This document shows, piece by piece, positions 57,701 through 64,000 of a stretch of DNA of 64,000 nucleotides; positions within the stretch are counted from its first letter, which is position 1; every line of letters begins with the position of its first letter. Under the pieces are notes generated by a model that worked only from the letters and a program-made list of their open reading frames with translations, did no database searches and was not told the origin of the DNA. Position numbers and translations under genes: made by a program. Source of the stretch: Podarcis pityusensis (lineage: Eukaryota); assembly GCA_964106645.2 (NCBI GenBank), contig OZ067042.1. One strand, given 5' to 3'.

Positions 57701-59434
57701 AAAGACCAATCAGGCTCCAAGAGGGAAGCAGAATCTGCCAATCAGATGGGACTCATTGTGTAAATAATGTATATAGCCGCCTTAGGTTTGGGGGGCAATT
57801 CAATCACTGTTTTACATGCTGCAATAAAGAGCATGAAATCACTACAGGACTCTGAGTATATTTCAAGAAGTGAATGGAACACAATTCCATTTGGCACAAT
57901 ATATTCTGGGTGTTTACATATGCACCTGATAAAGTCCTACAGTGGTATAAAATACTTCTTTCCCTTGCTTGTTCTTCGGTCCAGAATCATCATTCTTAGA
58001 AATAAACAAATGGGAGCCCAAGCTCTCTGTTCCTTTGGACACTGGTGTGCTTGCTTGAGACAGACAGAAGTTTCCCTTTGAAAGATAATATAAGGTGCAA
58101 TGTTACAAGCTGATATATTGACCTGAATGAAAATAACACTGGCATTAGTAGTGAAAGCAAAATTTGGGTTAACTGTGTTTACTAGATTCAGATTTCAAAA
58201 CACAGATTGAAGCGTCATTGCCATTGTCATGAGAAAAACTTACTGTAAATAAGCAGCCTGGCATTTTTGATATGCTATTTGTTTGTTTACGAGATTTGCT
58301 ATGAGATTTTTGATTATATGGTTCTTTTTGGAGACGTATGCCTTTACGAGGGACAAACAAATATTGAATGTGCTACAGAGCTCAACTCAGCAACTTTGTA
58401 ATTCAGTTTTGATTTAATTATTTAAGTTCACAAATGCCGAAATGCAAAAGTTTATTCCAAATGGCCACATTAATTTTAGCTCCATTACTGAAATATTCAA
58501 AACATGCCACTGTTATTACCATTATTTGCAATAGTGGTGGCAAGTAGTTAACATGAAGTTGCAACAAAGCAAGTACCTACACTAAGTATGAAACACAGAC
58601 ATAGTTCTTGTACAAAGAGTACAAGAGGAATTATGTCTCAACTGCACCACTTCACATCATAGGAGGGGAAAATACTCCTATATATAGGAAACTAGCATGT
58701 TAGGGAGAAGGCTGGGCTAGAACCTTCCACCCTGACATCTGCTTTTCTTTTTGCTGATACTGATGAATTATGAAATAACGTATTGTAGTCATATAGGATA
58801 TATAGACCTTGTTCATCTTGTCAGAAAAAGAGAACTTCTTGTGGTTTTGATCTTATTGTTAACCCCCCAGAAAACCGTTATTACTGAGTGATATTGTAAA
58901 TGAAATAAAATTATAAAGCTAAGAGGGCAAATGAGAGATGTTTCTACTGTCACCCTCCTTAAGCTGAAGGACGACTATGGCAAGTGAGGGTTTCTAAAAA
59001 GTGCAATAAAATTGTACCAGTATGAGAGATTTTCTGCTTCATGCAGTCATCTACCAACCTGTGAAGGGTCCTGAGAAAGAGGAACAAGGGGGCAGAGTGT
59101 CTAATGAAGACTATGGCTATTGAAAAGACTTGGCTTCAGATCTGTATTATATCATTATGGTTCCACATCCACCAACAAGTGCTACATGAATGCAACTGAT
59201 CCCCTCAAATAAGCCCCTGGAGAACTGTATCCTTGGGATAAAGAACTTGAGTTTCAGTACACAACAGATCATCCTTTACCTTATTATTATTTAAAATGAT
59301 GATATCCTCATAATTAATTCTCCACCACGTATCATTTCGAAGGTTTCCCTTGTGGTTTTTCATATACATTGCCACACCAATGGCCCCCGATACTGATATT
59401 ATCAGCAGAATTATCATAACAATCATGGCTGAAC
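39047..59434 (-). CDS. GUCY2G: Receptor guanylyl cyclase G, 3' part (TM to stop): complement join(59280-59434,57926-58075,55399-55482,54927-55031,54030-54101,52722-52887,49784-49939,47991-48168,44245-44388,43477-43669,42787-42961,40847-40945,39971-40062,39047-39166); 5'-partial
   Basis: 14 GT-AG exons with consistent phases (1889 nt, no premature stop). TM helix, WWRINYEDI, pseudokinase (VALK, HGNLKP, LCGFG, YWTAPE), [12 protein letters not shown] coiled coil, cyclase motifs [39 protein letters not shown]. Sequence resemblance to rodent GC-G and position next to TECTB support the GUCY2G assignment. Confidence 0.93.
39971..40062 (-). CDS. GUCY2G: GUCY2G cyclase exon
   Basis: [31 protein letters not shown]. 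Confidence 0.93.
40065..40092. repeat. (AG)14 microsatellite, (CT)14 on the GUCY2G strand
   Basis: Perfect dinucleotide run abutting the acceptor at 40063-40064. Confidence 0.95.
40847..40945 (-). CDS. GUCY2G: GUCY2G cyclase exon
   Basis: [32 protein letters not shown]. Confidence 0.95.
41136..41484 (+). mobile_element. Sauria SINE, full length (lacertid-type)
   Basis: GGGGACGCGGGTGG tRNA-like head with GGTTCAAATCC B-box, (ACCTTT)n tail, 13-bp TSD TATGTAGTCAAGT (41123-41135, 41485-41497). Confidence 0.93.
42456..42700 (-). mobile_element. Squam1-like tRNA-derived SINE nested in an older repeat
   Basis: Minus-strand head CCAGTGTGGTGTGGTGGTTAAG, (CTT)-type tail, TSD CTCATAG (42449-42455, 42701-42707); related copy at 51153-51327. 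Confidence 0.8.
42787..42961 (-). CDS. GUCY2G: GUCY2G cyclase exon
   Basis: [19 protein letters not shown]...LRIGIHTG. Confidence 0.95.
43477..43669 (-). CDS. GUCY2G: GUCY2G cyclase exon
   Basis: [34 protein letters not shown]...YDVYK. Confidence 0.95.
44245..44388 (-). CDS. GUCY2G: GUCY2G dimerisation-helix exon (alternative acceptor at 44385)
   Basis: (S)[46 protein letters not shown]. Confidence 0.93.
44890..47472 (+). CDS. L1 ORF2 remnant, 860-aa open frame (TE-derived)
   Basis: From the ORF track. RT motifs intact; most of the endonuclease is missing and no C-terminal CCHC motif is seen. Confidence 0.7.
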   Translation: MEANWRTKNPLAREGTFFSEAKLTWTRIDQIWLTRGMAPKTRKAEICPKTCSDHNAVKMEMKLTPTGSFRWRMNDALFRDEEVIKKAQKTLRDYFEINMNTNVEKRVIWDASKAVMRGFLIQQNALKKRIQNEKKDKILEKINESEKKLRAKPKSQEILREIKLYQVQYMKMMNQEIEWKIKQMRQKTFESANKCGKLLAWQMKKRQKLNTVTNLEVEGRNIQNPVEIRNCFQRYFKQLYTQGPQKEIDVDRFLKTNGLQKISQENKLMLNYKITEQEVEGAIQNMQLGKSPGPDGLTSRYYRSLKEWLVQPLKEVCNEIMGGKRAPESWKEAYITLVPKIETEKTQLKNYRPISLLNVDYKIFADILAKRLKRVLMEEIHKDQAGFLPGRHLSDNVRNIINILEKLQVNINTKAVLIFVDAEKAFDNISWSFMKKNLQGMGVGQGSENGISAIYSEQKAKLIVNNVVTEEFKIEKGTRQGCPISPLLFISVLLNMIRRDQLVKGIQVGAKQYKLRAFADDVVLTLQEPESSTKRVLELIQEFGQVAGFKLNKLKTKVLEKNLTVIEKERFQNETGLTVVKKVKYLGINMTAKNGNLFKDNYEKCWAEVKKDLEIWSNLKLSLLGRIAAIKMNVLPRMLFLFQTLQIFDKMDCFKRWQRDISRFVWQGKKPRIKFKILTDAKERGGFALPDLKLYYESAAFCWLKEWLLLENTDILDLEGFNNVFGWHAYLWYDKVKAHKAFKNHIVRKALFNVWIRYKDLLENKTPRWLSPMEAKALKKLNMEAKWPKYWEILEQEGDRLKLQSFEKLKNKVRDWLHYYQIMEAYNLDKLAEMTGRIQDQGEELVEEDWKKFKDYLQKY
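44901..47827 (+). mobile_element. L1-clade LINE, 5'-truncated, antisense in a GUCY2G intron
   Basis: ORF2 with the end of the EN domain (RIDQIW...CSDH) and RT ([36 protein letters not shown]). AATAAA 47803-47808, A-tail, 16-bp TSD AGCAAATGGAGGCAAA (44885-44900, 47828-47843). Confidence 0.96.
47991..48168 (-). CDS. GUCY2G: GUCY2G kinase-homology C-lobe exon
   Basis: [18 protein letters not shown]...[27 protein letters not shown]. Confidence 0.93.
48285..48460 (+). mobile_element. tRNA-derived SINE (Squam3-like)
   Basis: A-box TCAGTGGTAGAG, B-box-like GGTTTAATCTC, tail cagtataaagcagcttccta. Confidence 0.65.
49784..49939 (-). CDS. GUCY2G: GUCY2G kinase-homology exon
   Basis: [35 protein letters not shown]...QNAE. 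Confidence 0.93.
50470..50660. mobile_element. Tc1/mariner (Tigger-like) MITE
   Basis: TA|CAGTGGTACCTTGGTTCTC...GAGAACCAAGGTATGACTG|TA. Confidence 0.85.
51120..51638. mobile_element. Tc1/mariner-type MITE with a nested, internally deleted Squam1-like SINE (51153-51327, minus)
   Basis: TIR CTATATTTTTCTGTGTATA / TATACACAGAAAAATATGG flanked by TA; the insert matches 42456-42700. Confidence 0.8.
52040..52630 (+). mobile_element. L2-clade LINE 3' fragment (diverged)
   Basis: YVGLPLK...LHWLP...TYKALNG RT C-terminal remnants; ggtggtatataaatttaataaataaa tail. Confidence 0.75.
52722..52887 (-). CDS. GUCY2G: GUCY2G kinase-homology exon
   Basis: [42 protein letters not shown]... Confidence 0.94.
54030..54101 (-). 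CDS. GUCY2G: GUCY2G kinase-homology exon
   Basis: [24 protein letters not shown]. Confidence 0.93.
54737..54792. repeat. (GATA)n microsatellite
   Basis: Tetranucleotide run in a GUCY2G intron. Confidence 0.9.
54927..55031 (-). CDS. GUCY2G: GUCY2G kinase-homology exon
   Basis: [35 protein letters not shown]. Confidence 0.93.
55399..55482 (-). CDS. GUCY2G: GUCY2G kinase-homology exon
   Basis: [28 protein letters not shown]. Confidence 0.9.
56512..56867. mobile_element. Tc1/mariner MITE with an internal (TAAGCCGC)-like tandem array
   Basis: 22-bp TIR CAGTGGTGCC(C/T)CGCAAGACGAA with TA TSD; repeated CGCAAGACG subterminal motifs. Confidence 0.9.
57329..57865 (+). mobile_element. Solo LTR interrupted by a Tc1/mariner MITE (57338-57552)
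   Basis: TG...CA ends; TSD CGAAG/AGAAG; multiple CCAAT boxes in a duplicated unit; TATATA 57770-57775; AATAAA 57823-57828. After removing the MITE it begins TGTTATGTACT, like the LTR at 12771. Confidence 0.8.
57926..58075 (-). CDS. GUCY2G: GUCY2G juxtamembrane exon
   Basis: [15 protein letters not shown]...[12 protein letters not shown]; 150 nt, phase 0/0. Confidence 0.88.
59280..59434 (-). CDS. GUCY2G: GUCY2G transmembrane exon
   Basis: [51 protein letters not shown]. Confidence 0.88.
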
Positions 59435-60309
59435 CTTTTAACAACAAAAGAACAGTCATATAAATGAAGCTGAATCTTGGGAACACATCCAAAAACAAAA
59501 CAAAGCAAAAAAGGCCAAATTCAAGGCAGCAAAGCCATCGCACCATTGCGAAAAGAATATAAAGGAGCAAGAAATCACACAAGCGTTGTTATTAATTATA
59601 ACACAATCATACCATGTAACATGTGATCACAGCCCCCGCCACAACTGTAACTTAAAAATAAACAAATAAATCAGTTTTCTTTGTAACAAAAACATCCAGG
59701 TTTGACTTGGTGGAATGAAAATGGTCAGAACTGCACAGCTGTAGTTGCATAGTTGTGTCAGACAAGAACAGAGCAGCTTTGATACAGCAAAAGGCATACA
59801 AGACACATGATCTGCAGTATGTCCTACTTGCATGCTAGTAGTAGTAATAAATTTATAACCCACATTTAACCGGCAGGCATTACATAATCACACTTACTGG
59901 TAACTGGAGTTTTGCAGTGTTCATTGTGAAACCCACACAGTGGTTTGTCCTTAGGTATTTCTCCATCTGCCCAACTGATATATTCAATCTGTCTGGTTGG
60001 GCTATGGACAGAGACAATAAGTATGTCAGCATCTTGCATCAATTATAAAGCTGAAGGCTCTTTATTTCCAAAACTCATTAACACACATACTTTGTGATAA
60101 ATGTACCCATACAAGGAAAGAGGAATGTACAAATAGCCATAATTCTCCACATGAAAATGAAGCAGAAATTGGTTTTAAGTCCAGATCTGAAACTAAAAGT
60201 GCATTGTTATTTCAGAGTGAGCCATAAACTACAAACCTATGAATGAAAGTACCTATATAAATAGAGGGATTTCAGGTAGCAGGTTCAGGTTCCGGTTCAG
60301 ACACTAGAG

Positions 60310-60445
60310 CAGTATCTCCCAAATTTGGGTCTCTAGCTGCTATTGGACTACAAATCCCATCATCCCTCGCTACCAGGTCCAGTGGTCAGGAATGATGGGA
60401 GTTGTGGCCCAAAAACTGCTGGAGACCCAAGTTTGGAAAACCCTT
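60310..60445. mobile_element. Palindromic hAT-like MITE
   Basis: Hairpin-forming; 8-bp TSD CACTAGAG/CATTAGAG. Confidence 0.8.
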
Positions 60446-61223
60446 CATTAGAGTTTCCCTGGCTCCTAGGTCAGGAAAGCTCTTCACATTATCTTGGCTT
60501 CCATTTTCCTCCCAGTTTTAAGGGTGAGTTGATTGGATTGCATTCTGCCATCTTAACTAGAAACTGGGGGCAGTAGATCCAGAATTGGCCTCCATAGTCA
60601 CTTACAGACTCACTGTTAAAACCGTGTTCATGGAAAACAATCTTACTCTGCTAAGAGTGATTGTCAAAGAAGAATAATTGCAAAATGGTTCAACAAACTG
60701 ATCTGATATATTTCAGGATGGCCTATGCCAAATTTGGGGTGTAAAGGTTAAGAATGGCTTATTTTGAACAAGTCCAGCAAGTGACTTATTGAAGTTGACT
60801 GTTGGTGTGTGTTTTTCTTCCATGGACTTCACTCAGCCTTTGCTATCTTTTGAGAAATGGGTTGTTGTGTTAGGTCAAGGTATGCGTTTTTACCCATGAG
60901 TTGTGTGTAACATATTTGTATTTATTAAAAATGGTATGCTCGGAAAATATTTGTTGATTTGGCAGCATATGGACATGCTCTGGTATCCTACATTGTGGTT
61001 AGCTCAGGCTTCAGCACTACCTTGGACCTGGATGGCTGTCAATAACAGAGGGGCAAACCTAAGTCCAAGATTTGTCTGTTCACTGGAATAGATACATGGA
61101 GCCTATGCAACTGAAGCTATCATGCAAGTGCTCTGAGGCCAGTCTCACTGTTCCAGTCCCAAGTGCCAGCATCCTTTCCGTGATCCTCCATTTTCTTAGC
61201 TGTGGTTTCTTAATCCCCCAATG

Positions 61224-61421
61224 CAGGCATGTCCGTTTCAGGGGCCTTACTCGGCCTGCTGTTCAATTTAATCTGGCCCCTGTGGCAGTTTACTTCCTGG
61301 GATAAAATCCCAAAAAGCTCAACAACTTCAATCCTAAAAAAAGGTCAGCAATTTTGGTCAGCCCTCAGGCATGTTGACTTCATCAAATCTGGCCCCCTTT
61401 GAAAAAGGTTTGGGCAAACTG
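61224..61421 (+). mobile_element. hAT-like MITE (family of 14548-14794)
   Basis: CAGGCATGTCC...GGCAAACTG; degenerate 8-bp TSD CCCCAATG/GCCTAATG. Confidence 0.75.
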
Positions 61422-62451
61422 GCCTAATGTCAGCCAGGTCATTGTTGATATCACTGATAGATTTATTGTAAAGTATGTTTAATATGATGAAATGTTTTTG
61501 TAATATGTTAAAGAGGAAGATTTGATCAGTTGTTCTTTAGAAGCCTGCCAAAAAATTAATGATGCGGGGCATTCAACTAAAAATTTGCCCTAGGACAAGG
61601 ATGAGTACTGGCAACAGTGAGATTTCCTCCACTCTTATCTCATCACATGTGCCGTCCCCAAATCAGCCTGGGGGGTTGTCGGGAAACCTAGAATAGATTT
61701 AGGGAGGGGTCACAAAGAAGCAGAGTCAGAGAACATTCCATTGCACGTGAAGAAATCCTTGCGCTGACAGCACTTTCTCCTCAATGCTTTGATTCATACA
61801 ACCCATAATAATTATATCTGCTGGTATCAGAATACCATTCATCTTTAGTGTGTGATTATCCATTTCAGAAATCTGTGCAAGAATGTTTACAAGTTCAGGT
61901 TAGCACAAGTTCAAATTAGTTCAAAGGAAGCCACGCAATGCTTATGCGAACAATGACAGAGCGATCATGATAACAGAATGATCAGCGCATCTCCTTTGAA
62001 TTTAACACTGACAATGGACTTTCTAGTCCTGCCACCATTTTGTTCCCAGGTAGCATCAAAGGCAAGAAGCCTTGTAGTTTTAAATCCACACTTTTCATTT
62101 CAGAGATATTGAATGAAAATAGAATTTCAAGATTTTCATAAAGAAGGAAGCATTGAATTGATTTAAGAAGGAGGAAGATGGCAGCTTTCCACACAGCTAG
62201 CATATCCCTCTTTGCATGTAAGTAGGCATCTTGTCCCTCTTAACCTGGTGCTGCCCATTTATGCTGACTGGGGCTATAGGAAATTGTAGTCCAAAATATC
62301 TGGAGGACACCAGGCTGACTTCTGCTGACTTGCTAACCAGAACAAGACACAGGATGTTGCAGCCAAAATATACTTCCTGCTTAACAAATAATAGTAAGGT
62401 TGCAGTCCTGTAACCACTTGGTCCCATTGAACTCAATGGGACTAATAGATC

Positions 62452-64000
62452 TTTTTTTTAAAAAAATGATATTTATTAAGAATTTAAAATTACAGAAAGA
62501 AAAAGGAAAAAAGAAAAAAGAAAAAGGGAAAAAGGTAGACAAAAAGAGGAATTAAACAATACAAGTCAAAAAACAAAAGTCAAAGAAAAAACAAAACACA
62601 CAATACATCAAAATCAAAAAACAGAAATAAACAAAAAATTTAAAAACAAATCCAATATTCCCAAATCTTTATCTTTCGTTAACTTGTTTCATCGACCTCC
62701 TCACAGCTCCCTTTTTTGTATTCTAGTTATTAATAATCTCAGCAAATCCTTTCCATCTTTCACTATATTCATTAAATTACCTTAATTTATTTTAACCTTA
62801 TCTTACCATAAAAAGCCCTAAAGCTTAAAACTTAAAACTTATTTATACATAATTCTTTTTAACATAACATATTTATGCATAATTCTTTTTAACGTTTCTA
62901 CTAAAGCCAAATAGTTTCATTCCAACATTTTTCTAATACTCATTAATTTTACAATGATTTTCTAAATGAATTTTTAAAACTTTCTTCCAATCTTCGTCCA
63001 TCGTCTCTTCTTCCTGGTCTCGGGTTTTGTCAGTCCTTTCTATCCCATCCATCTAGTCCATCAACCTGGTGACCTTCTATCCGAGGCTCTTAAATCTTTT
63101 CCATGTCCCTTCTGCAGGTCTTCTTCATGTTTATACCTGCACTTTACTTTATCTTCTGCTGATCTTATTCTTAATTTTCTTCCTTTCTCTCGGGGAGACT
63201 CCAACTTGACAATATCTTTATCCCTTCTCAACAAGTCAGACTATTCTCCATAGTCAACACTGAAATCCAAAAGATGTTTGAAGGCATGTCCCTCCAAGGT
63301 TAAGGGCCCCCACAACTCCAAACTCCCCCTGGCCCAAAGGCAGATCCGAAAAGTCAAAACATCCCTGCATAGGGGGATCTATCCAACTTCCCATCTCCAG
63401 ACCAAACAGTACTCCATCTCTCCAAATCTGACTTTCTCCAGGTTCATTAATCAGAAACAACAACTTATGTTCCTGCAAAGCCGCAGCTCTCTCCATTTCT
63501 ATTACTTGAGGTTCAGCAACAACCTCCTCCTTTATCTTCTTCACCACTTGCTCTGTCAAAGCACATTCCTGGATTGATTGCTGAGTGGTTTCTATATAGG
63601 TATTCACTGTTTGTCCAAAATTGCCAACTGCAACAGTCATCAAATCCATCTTCTCATGTAGCTGTTCCAGTAAAGCGCTTGTCTTGCAAAAAGAAAGCTT
63701 CTTCTGGGCACATTCTTGTTCAAGGTCAATGTCTGGTCTCACGATCTTTAATCTCTACAGCTGCAGAATTCCCCAGATCTACTCTAACAACAGTTTCACA
63801 AGCTCCCTCTAGAGGAAACAATTTCTATTTGTATCCGTCTTTTTAAAAGCAGATCTAGCAACAAAGTTCCTTTCGTTTTTCAGATATTTTGTTCCTTTTA
63901 AGTGCAAAAGGGAACATTGGAATCAATATGTTTCTCTTTTTTAACTATCTGTCAAAAACATTTTATCCACAGTCAATGAACTTCCCCAAAGCGTCTGTCT
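62452..64000 (-). mobile_element. L1-related non-autonomous retroelement (probably extends past the window)
   Basis: Its reverse complement shares the 3' terminus (TTAATAAATATCATTTTTT...AAAA) and the GACCAGG...GAAGATTGGAAGAAA end-of-ORF2 segment with the L1 at 44901-47827. Upstream of ~63060 there is no RT-like sequence, only a degenerate coiled-coil-like frame. Confidence 0.75.

Noticed and set aside
61982-62203. Minus-strand ORF as a candidate GUCY2G ectodomain exon
   Set aside because: No GC juxtamembrane signature (WP..P...CGF) and no convincing phase-1 donor.
62421-62442. Hairpin GTCCCATTGA-AC-TCAATGGGAC as a possible miRNA or terminator
   Set aside because: Too short, and it matches a common squamate palindromic repeat (remnant also near 9785).

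Overview
This is vertebrate genomic DNA, almost certainly from a lacertid lizard, judging by the Sauria SINE, Squam1-like SINE, BovB, squamate L1/L2 and hAT/Tc1 MITE content. It is the conserved GPAM-TECTB-GUCY2G block. (1) A CpG-island promoter at about 1.35-2.0 kb has a minus-strand splice donor and is probably the 5' end of GPAM, inferred from synteny only. (2) A complete beta-tectorin gene TECTB lies on +, with 10 coding exons (17447-34650) that splice cleanly to 329 aa: signal peptide, ZP domain, RRQR furin site and GPI-type tail. (3) The 3' part of a receptor guanylyl cyclase GC-G (GUCY2G) lies on -, with 14 in-frame exons (59434-39047) covering TM, kinase-homology, dimerisation and cyclase domains; no ectodomain exons were found in the window. 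The rest is mostly transposable elements, many nested and with readable target-site duplications (TSDs). The most interesting observations are an intact GC-G (a pseudogene in human, a cold/chemo-sensor in mouse) carrying a Met->Arg change in the conserved MPRYCLFG motif, a non-autonomous 'half-L1'-like element whose polyA signal lies sense-oriented upstream of the GC-G TM exon, two related solo LTRs with compact promoters beside both genes, and a nested-insertion chronology. No wholly new gene system is demonstrable from sequence alone, and most six-frame ORFs are spurious. Exon boundaries were read by hand, and family names and orthologue comparisons are from recall, not database searches.
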